Below are positions 12,737-25,355 of a DNA stretch of 64,000 bases, piece by piece (positions within the stretch are counted from its first letter, which is position 1; each line of letters begins with the position of its first letter). The stretch spans positions 333,746,001 through 333,810,000 of the forward strand of contig OZ024742.1 of assembly GCA_964016885.1 (NCBI GenBank), read 5' to 3'. A program made the position numbers and the translations under genes. This DNA comes from Eledone cirrhosa (taxonomy: Eukaryota). The notes beneath the pieces were generated by a model. That model saw only the letters and a list, made by a program, of their open reading frames with translations, ran no database searches and was not told the origin of the DNA.

Positions 12737-13126
12737 CGTAAAATAAGAAAATTATAAAATTAACTTACTTACTAAAATATCACGTCCAACTAATTAGTTT
12801 CTGGAATGGAGTAAATATATTTTCCGAAGAAAACACAGAGAAACATTCCGTCGTCAGGGAAGACTATTCTCATCTAGGTAACCAGGCAAAGCGTGGACAC
12901 TGGAAACGTATTAAAAAATAATTCAGTGGATAAAAAATAATTCAGTGGATAGAAAATAGAAAATAATTCAGCGGATAGAAAATAGCAAAGCGTGGACTGA
13001 ATTCCCTGCCATTGAGAAAATCACTGCCTCTACGTCGGTGGCAAATTCAAAAAGAAACTAGTTAGTTGGAAGTGATATTTTAGTAAGTAAGTTAATTTTA
13101 TAATTTTCTTATTTTACGTCTCTCAT
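12729..13126. repeat. Inverted repeat (~73-bp arms) of a Penelope-like pseudo-LTR end
   Basis: 12729-12801 is the reverse complement of ~13053-13126; spacer has aaaaataattcagtggata about x3. Confidence 0.85.
12783..12862 (-). ncRNA. Type I hammerhead ribozyme motif
   Basis: Minus strand: cttcc-CTGACGA-cggaatg...cattcca-GAAA-ctaattag-TT-ggacg; palindromic stem III (aactaattagtt), GUU triplet. Confidence 0.75.
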
Positions 13127-13239
13127 ATTATCGTTCTGCAACCCCATGCATTGAACCACAAAGCTACTAAGACAAAACCTATATATTTGCTAGCATTGAT
13201 ATGCATCTGTATGTATATACATGTTACTAGATATTAATT

Positions 13240-13311
<72 letters not shown>

Positions 13312-13809
13312 AAAGAGTCAGGACCGAGTTTCGCCAGCTATATTTATATATATATATATATCCCAATGTTTGCAAGGTTGTGTCTCATTGTGTGTATATA
13401 TGTAGTTACATGTGAACACGTGGAGTTGTTCAAGATTGGGTGTAACCATTTGCGCTATTTATATTTAAATTTGTTTTCCGAAAATATCGTTTCATCTACC
13501 GGTTTATCTAGTTGCGTCACACATGCAGTATCACAGTTGGGCCCCGTCCTCCTCTGACACCCTCTCTGACACCTCGTCCCTATTCTTTATTAATACATAT
13601 ATATACTACCAAAAATTAGATTAAAGATGCCCTGTCTGAGAATATCAGAAGCATGAGGCTATATCACATGTGGAATAACATATATACATATATGTATGTG
13701 TGTGTGCGAATATTTGCGTGTATATATATGTATATGTATGTGTATGTATATATGTGTGTCTATGTATATGTATGTGTATTTATATATGTGTGTGTATATA
13801 TGTATATGA

Positions 13810-13870
<61 letters not shown>

Positions 13871-14181
13871 CATATATATATGTATATATGTGTGTATATA
13901 GGTAGATGCATGTGTGTGTAGATACATATGTATACAAGTAGCTTTCGTATAACATGTTTCTTATAAGATTATGATTATCACATATTCCTATAATACTATA
14001 GCAGTTTGATTATGGCATCTCCTTGCAATATTATGTACAGGAGTAGGATATTTCAAAAGCAGTGCTATGCTTATTACTCCATCTCCCCTATTCTATTTTC
14101 ATAGACCATTATGACTATCGTATAACTTGATTTTATGTATTCTACTTATAATCTCTGTATTTCTCTTAAGTGTCATTATTT

Positions 14182-14914
14182 GTTGGATTGGAAGTATCGG
14201 TAGAGGGTCGGACATGCTTTCCAGCATAGTTACGTCCATTTACGGTCTGAGTTCAAGTCCCGCCGAGGTTAACTTTGCTTTTCGTCCATACGGGTTGATA
14301 AAATAATGTATCAGTAATGTGCTGGTTAATTGCTGGCCTTGTGACAAAAGTAGAAACAATTATTATATACAGAACAGCATGCTTAGCAGCATAGAGTTTA
14401 CTGTACCAGTAATGTATTGGGGTCGATATAATCCACTTTCCCTTCCCCCACAATTACTGGTCTTATGCCTATAGTAGAAATCATTGGCCCTTTATGATCT
14501 GAGTTCAAATCCCGCCGAGGTTAACTTTGCCTTTCCTCCTTACGGGGCCGATAAAATAAAGTATCAGTAATACACTGGGATAATTGCTGGCCTTGTGCCA
14601 CAAGTAGAAACAATTATTATAATCGTCCGACAACATGAGGTTAGCTTTGACTTTCATCCTCACGAGGTCGATAAAAAAAAATACCAGTAATGTTGGCCTT
14701 GTGCCTAAGTAGGAAATCATTATTATTAGATGGCAGTAGCGGTAGAGGGTCGGACGCCATGCTTTCCAGCATAGTTACGTCCCTTTACGATCTGAGTTCA
14801 AATCCCGCCGAGGTTGACTTTGCCTTTCATCCTTACGGGGTCGATAAAATAAAGTACCAGTAATGCACTGGATAATTGCTGGCCTTGTGCCAAAAGTAGA
14901 AACAATTATTATTA
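14182..14914 (+). mobile_element. Head-to-tail stack of five SINE copies or fragments
   Basis: Units ~14182-14366, 14376-14485, 14486-14620, 14637-14728, 14729-14914, each ending gtag(a/g)aa(c/t)..att. Confidence 0.85.
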
Positions 14915-15217
14915 GATAATATTAGAATTAGTTTATTTTCCTTACAGGATTATGATTATAGTATTTTCATAAAATAACTATTAAACCATATCAATATATT
15001 ACCACTCCTCCATGTCTAACCTCAAGTCGATAGAAGAATCTGTGTGTGTGTGTGTGTCTAAGTGTGTGGAACTTGTCTGCACACATGTGTGTATGTATAT
15101 GTATGAGTGCGTGTGGGCGGGCACCTATATGGGTTCGGCATGTGGAGCCAGGACTTATGTACGGGACACCTAAAAAACATGTCTATGTTAAACTGACTGA
15201 CCTTGGTCAGAAAACTC

Positions 15218-15248
<31 letters not shown>

Positions 15249-15337
15249 CTTCTTGAGTTTATGAATCGTGACAGGCGTCACACTTAAATAAATATAACGA
15301 TGATATTTTGACTCCTCGTTCTAACTCATCAATTTTA

Positions 15338-15530
15338 TTGGATTGGCAGTGTCGGTAGAGGGTCGGACGCCATGCTTTTCAGCATAGAGTTACGGCCCTT
15401 CACGATCTGAGTTCAAATCCCGCCGAGGTCAACTTTGCCTTTCATCCTTACGGGGTCGATGAAATAAAGTACCAGTTATACAATGGAATAATTGCTGACC
15501 TTGTGCCAAATGTAGAAACAGTTATTATTA
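15338..15530 (+). mobile_element. SINE copy
   Basis: Colinear with 913-1108. Confidence 0.85.
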
Positions 15531-15764
15531 ACACACTGTATATGAAGGAGATCGACCATACTATAACACTATATGTCTAATACCACATACTCTACTAAAC
15601 CTAGACTCACCTATGCATCAATTGGTCAAGTTGTTGAACCAGTAGTAACTTAAAGTAACAAACTATATGTGTGTGTGTGTGTGTGTAATTGTGTGCGCGC
15701 GCATGTGTGTGAGTGTGTGTGTAAGTGTGTGTGTAAGTGTGTGTGTGTGTCAAAATTCACCCGT

Positions 15765-16150
15765 TCTTATGTTCGAAATGAGTTGTTGACTTGATATTTT
15801 CCTGATTTTCCTCTCTTTACGTTGTTTCACCCTTCGTGTCTGTTTACATGTTTTTCTGCCTCCGATCTTTCTTTTATCCCAACAACTTATTTTAGTTATT
15901 GTTTCGCCCTAGGCTGAGGAATATTGTCTCTAACGCGAAGAAATACCCATGATTCCTAGTAGACAACTGATGACGGATCCTCCTCTCTTTCGCCATTAAC
16001 TTTTATTTTTCATTATACTTTTGCAACCACACAGCCCGCTATTTTATATATATATGTACGTCAATACTCATCTTTTTCCATTTATCTGAGGGTTCTAAAC
16101 CCCGTTATCAAGCTAAAATTCCTTTAGTTAAAAATACGGTGAAAGCTATA
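15765..16150 (+). repeat. Dispersed repeat, possibly a Penelope pseudo-LTR; other copies at ~21210-21275 and ~21577-21817
   Basis: Shared gttgacttgatattttt...cgcgaagaaata...gattcctagtagacaactgatga...tttcgcc...ttttcattata. Confidence 0.7.
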
Positions 16151-17403
16151 TATTTTTTAATATATATATATATATATTTATATATATATGTAAAGATAGG
16201 AGGTGACTTAATACGTGCTCTTGTATATATTTATGTGTGATGAGCATACATTGGAGTTTGTTACTGCACTATACGTCCCAACATGTAAAGAAAATTGATA
16301 TGAGAGAGCTATCATTCGATGCCATGTAGGAACCGTGTTATATTATTCTTTAGCATAATTTTTCTGTTTAGGATCCATTAGCTAAAGCTTACAAAATATT
16401 ACTGAATAAAACTTGGCAATAAAATATTTATCCTTGTATAATCTTTATCCTATAGCAGTATTTTGTTATCTGATTATGTATACCTACTCTAGTTTCATAT
16501 ATACTTCCTACGTTTATTTTAGTTCTGGAAGACCGTATTTATTCGGAAATATTTTATTTAAAAATAATCAATTAATCTTTTTCATATTTCCTAAGAATAA
16601 TTTCTGAAATCTCAACTAAATTACACTTATTTCCAGTAAGTATTTATTTATTTACGCTCAACAACTCTCAAGGGTGCATTATTTTAAATATGGTATTAGT
16701 GGGCGTAATTTTATATCGAGCATAATACTGAATTAGTTCTACTTAGCTCAATCCTTAAAATGTGAACATGTGCAGCAAGGTTGAAAATTAATTGATATGG
16801 AAATGTAAAAAGAATGTTTTAAAACAATAACAGGTTTCATGACTTGGTCACATGACAAGTTCCTTAATCCTCAACTGACCTTTGTGAAGTAATATTTTTT
16901 GACCTGATACTCTTCCTAGCGACAACAGTTTTTATCTACCCTTTTTGTACGCAGGGTTGAAATGATTAAGATATACCTATTCAAACGGTGTTCAAATCTA
17001 TTTTGAGTTAATATGGGGAGGAAAGACACAGCTCATAAGTTCTTGTATTCTTAAATGATATGAATATTATCGTTTTGGCAACAAAATAAATTTCAACAAC
17101 TCATTTAAATTCATAGATATACTTCGATCGTATTTCTTTTTAATGAAGGACAACTTGGTAATATCAAAAGTAAATTCAAACATGTCTCGTGTCATTAATA
17201 GTTTATTGGGATAGTAGCCTTTTTATCATCTTTATTTTAGATTGATACATGAGTTTGTATGATACATGGAGTTGGATCTAGGCCTAAAGATTAAGCGTTA
17301 GAATATAAGTTATCACCCAGGGCAAGGTTACAGATGCATGCCAATTGCGCTCTTGTTCAGTGTTCGGAGTATAGACAGTCATCTAAGTTGATTCAATAGA
17401 AAA

Positions 17404-18072
17404 TACGAGGGTAACTAAAAAAGAAATCTTTCATTCACCATAACATTTATTTAGGTTTGTTATACTGCCTCTTGTTCATGCGTGCTTATAGTTGATACTA
17501 TTGTGGCCACGTTTGAGCTTGATCACTCCAGTTTTCATACTGGTGTTAGTGTGTAAATATGGCCGCTCGACTAACAGTGTGCACCTTGATGTTTTCACTC
17601 CATACCCTGTCTTAGACAGAATCATAATTTATCTGCAGAGAACATGCTGCCTCATCAATGGTGACTCGCCGGTTCACTATTACCATCGCTCGAGCTTCCC
17701 GAATTTTCTCGGGTGTCCTGCTCTTTCTTCGTGCGTCACTCTTGCCAAACCATTGTAACCTTCTCGATCAACCTATAGATGTTTCTAGGTGGTAGTGCAC
17801 TGTCGCCGTATTCTGTTAAAGCCTCCGAAGAATTTTAACCCCTGACACAACTTCTGACGAGAGAAACCGGATCAGTACACTTTGTTCTTTCTTAGTACGT
17901 ATTGCTAGAGTACTACACTGTAACACCAGCAAGAAAACTGGGGCGATCATGTTTACACTTCGATCACCTCACCACAATAGTACCAACTATAAGCACGCAA
18001 GAGCAAAAGGCAGAGTGACGAACCTACATATATTTTGGCGAAAGTGCCGAGAATGTTTTACTTACTCTCGCA
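17404..18072 (-). mobile_element. Mariner relic, internally deleted
   Basis: TIR-like tacgagggtaa (17404) / ttactctcgca (18062-18072); minus-strand KEQSVLIRFLSSE...KILRRL resembles the mariner N-terminal EQRSVIRFL.SEG HTH region. Confidence 0.65.
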
Positions 18073-19058
18073 GTTTTAAATAATTTTGGAATATATTATG
18101 TCACTCAGATCTAGATTATTGTGACATTAATGTGTAGCAGGCCATTGCAATCAATGTTTTACACACATTGTAATGCATACTTCTCTTCTAACCCTATATT
18201 CATGACAAGTGTAATGTTGCTCATATTTCAGAAATAGGTAACATAGCAATGTAAAATGTCATCACATATAATTGTATAACTTTAGAAAATTAGTGTAGAC
18301 TTTAAAAACATGAAGTTAAACTGTCATTTACAGATATATATTATATATTTGTTATAGTAACCACATATAATAAGTTACTCATAGTGAGATAGCTTAAATA
18401 CCACAAATCTCTTTCTTATTGACAGGAGAATGTTATATTCGAGTTAAAGAACATATTTACAATAAGAAAAATAGATAACCCAAATAACAGTGGGTCTGTA
18501 CGTTTTGCAAACTATAACGGCTTTCTTGAACAGAACGTATGTAGGGCTTTTAAGGAATTGAGTGATATACTCTAGATGTTGATATTGATATCGATTTGTC
18601 AACCTTCAAGCCTATATGATCAGGACTATAAGGGGGCATTTCTTTTACAACGCAGGCTATCGAAAGGTATATAATCCACAGAATGCTTTCTTTTATCAGA
18701 AAAGAATGCATGATTTGAGAAAATTTGGCTGCTATTTTAAATTTCCCTAATACGTATTATTTTACATAGTGCATACGTTAGACCACAGCATTTTATGTCA
18801 CACATCTTTGCAAGGAATCATGCATATACACACATGCGCATACACATATTCACCGATGCGTGCACACACACACACGCGTATATGTGATACGTTTTATAAT
18901 ATAAAGATGCGGTTTAGAAAGTTGTATGTTTTATGTGCATCGATAGATTGCTTCTTATGGAAATACATATATTATGGGACAGATAGACACTGTATGATAG
19001 TTTTGGATATATCCATACTCATAAAACATATATTCTTCTGTATAGAAGCGTATTAGCA

Positions 19059-19129
<71 letters not shown>

Positions 19130-19191
19130 AATATCACCGGTACCCTCGCTCACACACATGTTCATGCATGCATAAATATCATACATCCATG

Positions 19192-19231
<40 letters not shown>

Positions 19232-19518
19232 AGATATATATACACATTATATATATATATATATACACATTATATATATAGAGAGAGATATATACACATT
19301 AAACACATGCATACGTACAAATTCACAAATTTCTCCATGTACATTTACTTACAATTTGGGTTTTGCGTCTGTTTGTGTATATATATGTATCATTATGAAT
19401 TACTTACCTGTAAAATCGAGGTGTTCATAGTTCATATACACGTTATATGCATACTATTTCTATATCTCCCTTTGTGTCACACACCCTCATTTTCTTCATC
19501 GATTTATGTATGTATATG

Positions 19519-19563
<45 letters not shown>

Positions 19564-19630
19564 TCATATATATATATATAATATATATATATAATACATA
19601 TTTATTACATATATATAAATATATATATAT

Positions 19631-19684
<54 letters not shown>

Positions 19685-19984
19685 TATTTCGCGTTTCATA
19701 ACTGAGACACTGTAGTCGTATATTATACATATGTGTGCGAGTATATTTGTGAGTGTGTGATTGTTCAGCAAATCGTATGTGCGTTTATAAATCTCTTTAT
19801 TATGTTCCTCCTATAAAACATTCAAGATTCCTCGTAGGTGTTTAACAATGGTGGCCATAAAACTGAGATATTCTGACAAGGAATTAATATAAACAGTGAC
19901 CACAATCAGGACAATGTAACCTGTAGCAGCAACAACAAAAACAACAACCACAACAATAAATATTACATGAACTATAACTAAAAT

Positions 19985-20042
19985 ATTACCAAATAATAAT
20001 AACAGTAACAATAATAATAGCAGCATCAGTAGCAGCAGCAAC

Positions 20043-20123
<81 letters not shown>

Positions 20124-20190
20124 TGTTGTTGTTGTTGTAGTAGAAGCAGCAGCAACAGTATTAGTAGTAGTAGTAGTAGTAGTAGTGATG
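19985..20190. repeat. Compound (AGT)n/(AGC)n/(GTT)n microsatellite
   Basis: Direct reading. Confidence 0.95.
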
Positions 20191-20534
20191 GCGGTGGTGG
20201 TGTTAGTGCTTTGTTAGATTGTAACGTTAAGCACAAGGCCAGCAAATGTCTGGGAACGTATGATTGGTTATATCATCCACAGCACTTGATTTGGGAGTTA
20301 TCTTCTCGAGGCGGGAATAATGAGAGGGAATGTTGACCTCTAAATAGCGGTGGTATAATTTGGATATGGCTTATTGATCACTATCTACTTATTATTTATT
20401 CCATCAGTTTAAGTTAAACTTAAGATTTTTTCCGACACTCTCTTCTGAGAAGAAATAGGTTTGTTTGCACAAATAATATACATACACACACAGACAAATG
20501 CACACATGTACAGACATACACACACACATGTATG

Positions 20535-20568
<34 letters not shown>

Positions 20569-21069
20569 TTTTTTTCTGATATAGGATTAACATCCGAAAA
20601 GTTAAGACACTTTTCTTGTTATTTTAAACGATAAACAAATATATTTCTTCAATGTATTGAGTCGTTTCCTTATAAACAAATATACTGAAAATATATAAAT
20701 TTATGTATTTATCTTAGTATATTTGTTAATTGTTCCCCCACGGACGAGGAAAGAATTTGGCTGAATCAGTCTCTTGTGTTTAGCAACTCTTTCACTTACT
20801 AGTGTCCATATCCACTGCCCTCCTGTAGGACGCTTATCAGGTGATAATTCTCTCATTCTTCGAAATTAGTCGCATAGCTTAGTCATATCCTTACTCAATG
20901 AAACTGCAGTAGATACGCTGTAAATAAATAGATAAATATTTATTTATCTTACTTGCGTTTCCCAAATATATATTTATATGTATGTAAAAGGTAAATAGAA
21001 ATAACAACTCAAACGGTACAGTATGTGCAAGGAAAAATTAGGTTAACGCTTGTATTAGCAGGAAGAGGG

Positions 21070-21105
21070 TCTTAACGTTTCGGACGCTAGACCTTCATCA
21101 GAAGA
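21070..21105 (-). ncRNA. Minimal type I hammerhead ribozyme motif
   Basis: Minus strand: tctt-CTGATGA-aggtctagcgtcc-GAAA-cg-TT-aaga; AACGTT palindromic stem III of the dimeric Penelope type. Confidence 0.75.
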
Positions 21106-21975
21106 AAGAATGAAAAATAAGATAGATTGAGGGGACGGGTGGGTTGGAATTGGAAAAACATGTCTTTAGTTAAAAATAACAGGTTCATTCATGAATAGAT
21201 ATATATGATGTTTCGCCCGTAATTTTTTATTTTCATTATACCACTGCAACCACACAACTCGCCGTTTTATTCATATAATTTTCCATATCTGCTGTGACCT
21301 GTCTTTTCTCTTTCCTTGTTTCTATCACCCCCCCCCCCTTCTCTCTCTTTCTCCCTCTTACTTTCGCTCATCCTCTCTGCTAGTCACCTTCCCTTGCCAG
21401 CCTGCCACTATAACTATCTCTTTCTCGCTTCCTCTTAATTTCACTCAATCCCTCTCTGCTAGTCACCCTCTTTCTGCTAGCTCTCAACCTTCCTCGTCCG
21501 CCACTGCAAGCAGTCTCCTTTCTCGCTCTCACTGCTACAGTCATGACGTGTCTGTTCTCCGTCTCACTTGCCAGGACTTATGTCCGAAAAAGTTAGTTGA
21601 CTTGATATTTTTCCTCCCTTTACGTTGCTTTACTTTTCGTGTTTGTTTACTTTTTTTTTCTCTCTCTCCCCCTTTTTATCCGAATAACTTATTTTAGTTA
21701 TTGATCGCACTAGAATAAGATATCTTGTCCCTGACGCGAAGAAATATCGATGATTCCTAGTAGACAACTGATGATGGATAATACCCTCTTTCGCCCGTAA
21801 CATTTTTATTTTCATTATATATATATATATATTTTATCATTTATTTTGTTTTGACCTGTTTAGCTTGATTTGCTTTTTGGCTTAGGTGGTTGATGCTTTC
21901 TTGACCACTATTTCAGTTTTGTATGGCGGCTTAACATATTGTTTAGCTCTGTTTTTTTAACTATGGAGCGCTTGC

Positions 21976-22153
21976 TGGCATCAGTAGAGGGTCGGACGCC
22001 ATGCTTTCCAGCATAGTTACGTCCCATTACCATCTGAGTTCAAATCCCGCCGAGGTTGACTTTGCCTTTCAACCTTACGGGGTCGATAAAATAAAGTACC
22101 AGTAATGCACTGGGTAATTTGCTGGCCTTGTGCCTAAAGTAGAGGCAATTATT
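21976..22153 (+). mobile_element. SINE copy
   Basis: Colinear with 913-1108. Confidence 0.85.
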
Positions 22154-22209
22154 TCTGATTTTTGCGTTTCGTTTCGCCTTTACTACCCGCCTAAATGCGA
22201 TTCTCGCTG

Positions 22210-22278
<69 letters not shown>

Positions 22279-22662
22279 ATATATATATATATTGTAATTC
22301 TATGTTTCTGATATGACTTATTTGACCACTAGTTTCTACTTACGTTTTATTCCATTGCTTTAACTTAATTTTTTTTTTTTTATTTCCCAAAAATCTTCAT
22401 GGAATAAATAGGTTTGTTTGCACATATAATACACACACACACATACGGACACACACACACACGGGCACACAAACAAACACACACATACACGCACACACAC
22501 AAACACACACATATAATTATATGAAATGAAACAACGGAGTTAAAGACTCGCGTTTATCATTGCAATTTAATGAGCTCAAGGTATAAATACCGGGCTCTTC
22601 ATAATATCCGCTGTAACCGAAAACATACTCTTTACTGTTTTCTTCTCACTATATTCTATTAT

Positions 22663-22740
<78 letters not shown>

Positions 22741-22749
22741 CAAAGGAGA

Positions 22750-22928
22750 AGGACCCCGTCGGTTGAGCTGCGGCCGTTTCGACAGCTAGATCCGAACTGT
22801 CCGAAACGGCCGGAGAACAGCCATCGTGTTCCTGACTCTTTTCCTATTACCCACTCTACTAACCTAACTACCGTTTACTCTGGTGCGTTATGGTCCACCT
22901 GATATCTTACCACACCTTCTTTGTAATA
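22750..22928 (+). repeat. Hairpin-headed dispersed repeat in (TA)n
   Basis: ~84-nt imperfect palindrome 22750-22833 plus tail ctattacccactctact...ctggtgcgttatggtcc...ttaccacacc; further copies at 48631-48685, 54901-55073, 55205-55257, 62025-62110. Confidence 0.8.
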
Positions 22929-23204
22929 TATATTTATATATATATATATTACAAAGAAGGTGTGGTAAGGTCGCAAAAAAGGTGTCATCAAGGTCGCATT
23001 GTAACTTCAGTGAATAAATAATACTGTATATGCACTAACTACAATCATATAGTGTAACCGTGTATGAGTGTTGAAAATACTTGTCAGGCTTACCAATGAT
23101 ATCAGTAATATTAAATAATGCCTGTACTTCTAACCCTCCATAATATTAAGGAAAAACTTTGTTACACGATCGGTAAATTAATACATTTTATATGTTATAT
23201 ATAA

Positions 23205-23277
23205 TTGATTCTGATGATTTCTCTACAACAGTAGTGGAAACAACTTCATTTGGAGAAGAATGAAACATGTAGATCAA
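23205..23277 (+). ncRNA. Type I hammerhead ribozyme motif
   Basis: ttgatt-CTGATGA-tttctct...ggagaagaat-GAAA-catg-TA-gatcaa then AATAAA; ACATGT palindromic stem III, GUA triplet. Confidence 0.85.
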
Positions 23278-23318
23278 ATAAATGATGTATTAATTGTTAA
23301 ACATTCGTGTCACCTTTG

Positions 23319-23358
<40 letters not shown>

Positions 23359-23389
23359 CAAAGGTGACATATATAAAGCAAAGCTGACG

Positions 23390-24057
23390 CGAGCTTCGTG
23401 TATGACCGTTTGCCGAGTACCTAAATGTCGACTGATGTTTCAGGAAGCGTTCCTTAAATCGGCCCTCCGCCGTACCCACATATGATTTGACCTCCTGTGA
23501 TTGATTTTGGTCGGTTGGAAGTGACCACACCTTCATAAACTACAGTGGCTGTGTTGCATTGCCGTTGAAGGGGGAAAGCTTCAGGCTTTCGGCAAGAGCA
23601 TCCTGGTGGGGTGATGCTCTTAAGACTGTTGTGTTGTGGACCTTCATATTCTTAGCGCAGGAGTACTCTAGTTTTACTCCGTGTCTGTTAAAGATGGAGC
23701 GGTATTTGTGACCTATGGGAAAGTGTCTATCTAACAGGGCTAAAAATGTTTTCCTACATTAGTTTTAACGTTGAGTGAGAAGGGATGAGATAACCAGATA
23801 GTTGTCTATTGTCACGATTTCTTTTCCTATTGATGTTGTTCTTATTGGGGAAGTAAGTAATTGGTTGCGAGAAGCCACTGCTAGCTAACGCCGTGTTATT
23901 GTAGGGGGCCGCTCTGTCAAAGATAACTTTATTAGAAGAGAGGTTAGAGATTCTATTACTGATATTATTTATGAAGTTTCTAAAAACAGTAGGAGGGTGG
24001 CATGAGTCCTTGTGTATGTAATTAGGTTTTTCGTTTAGCTTATGGAAGGGTCTGAAT
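23390..24057 (-). mobile_element. Penelope-like element fragment (RT thumb + Cys linker + GIY-YIG), Hydra-clade-like
   Basis: YIHKDSCHPP...NRISNLSSNKVIFDRAAPY...ALASSGF; NVKTNVGKTFL...RHFP; CSCRKPEAFPLQRQC; VVYEG...YVGTAEGRFKERFLKH. Confidence 0.85.
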
Positions 24058-24210
24058 GTAGGGCGGAGGGCCGATTTAAGGAACGCTTCATGAACAATCA
24101 CTCAACCTTTATCCCCATAAGGTAAAACAATTGTTCTCCGTATGGTGAACAAACTCGTCCCATGGACTGAGTGCTCTAACACTACGGTTATTACCTTCCA
24201 GTGTTCTACA

Positions 24211-24253
<43 letters not shown>

Positions 24254-24254
<1 letters not shown>

Positions 24255-24401
24255 AGTTTATCCCGGGTACAATTGGGGTGTAACCACAGTAAGTAAGGTA
24301 CTCAATACAAAGCAGAATATAAATAGAAAGGCTAGAGGACTACAGGACTAGAAATGTTTCATTCGGAAGAAATCATCAGGAAGCAGCTGTTATATAGATA
24401 G

Positions 24402-24496
<95 letters not shown>

Positions 24497-25217
24497 TGTG
24501 TGTGTGTGTGCTATTAAGTTAGAAATGGCCTAGGCCAATACTTGTCAAAACTATGAAAGCTATCAAAATTATATAAATGATATTCTTCCCCTAAATTTAA
24601 AATTTTCCTTCCAAAAATTATACTTGATTGATACGAGGGACCAACGGTATGTGTTGCGGTTCTATGCAAGCCGGTGTGTGTATGTATATAGTCCAACGAA
24701 ATTTTGATTCAAGAGTCTGGCCTGATCGATACACCTCAATTAACGTAATAAACGCCTAGCATCTCGTCCTTTTTATTATATATATACATAATAAAGGCAA
24801 GGTCTATATTACGTTAATTGAGGTGTATCCATCTGGCCAGACTCTAGAATAAAAAAAATCGTTGGACTATATACATACACACACCGGCTTGCATAGAACC
24901 GCAACACATACCGTTGGTCCCTCGTATCAATCAAGTATAATTTTTGGAAGGAAAATTTTAAATTTAGGGGAAGAATATCATTTATATAATTTTGATAGCT
25001 TTCATTGTTTTGACAGGTATTGGCCTAGGCCATTTCTAACTTAATAGCACACACACACACACATCTCTCTCTCTATATATAACAGCTGCTTCTTGATGAT
25101 TTCTTCCGAATGAAACAGTTCTAGTCCTGTAGTCCTCTAGCCTTTCTATTTATATTCTGCTTTGTATTGAGTACCTTACTTACTGTGGTTACTCCCAATT
25201 GTACTCGGGATAAACTT
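24254..25217. repeat. Long inverted duplication, arms 24254-24750 and 24807-25217
   Basis: Near-identical 60-aa ORFs on opposite strands (24514-24696 and 24862-25044); arms differ mainly in (CA)n length; 56-bp spacer. Confidence 0.95.
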
Positions 25218-25306
25218 GGAAGAAAACCAGCTAGGCGTTGACCTCAGCAATATATGTATCATGGAAATATGAATGCAACTGCATACGGCCTTCGATGTAT
25301 TTCATA

Positions 25307-25355
<49 letters not shown>

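Noticed and set aside
14182-14914. CRISPR-like repeat array
   Set aside because: Repeats are long SINE units with no regular unique spacers; eukaryotic context, no cas genes.
15963-16148. Possible long-loop hammerhead (CTGATGA at 15967, GAAAGCTA at 16141; 5' half also at ~21767)
   Set aside because: Stem II cannot be closed and the 3' side runs into (TA)n; needs a family consensus.
17847-17876. CTGACGA-ga-GAAA-ccgga-TC hammerhead-like string
   Set aside because: No stem II and it lies antisense within mariner coding sequence; likely chance.
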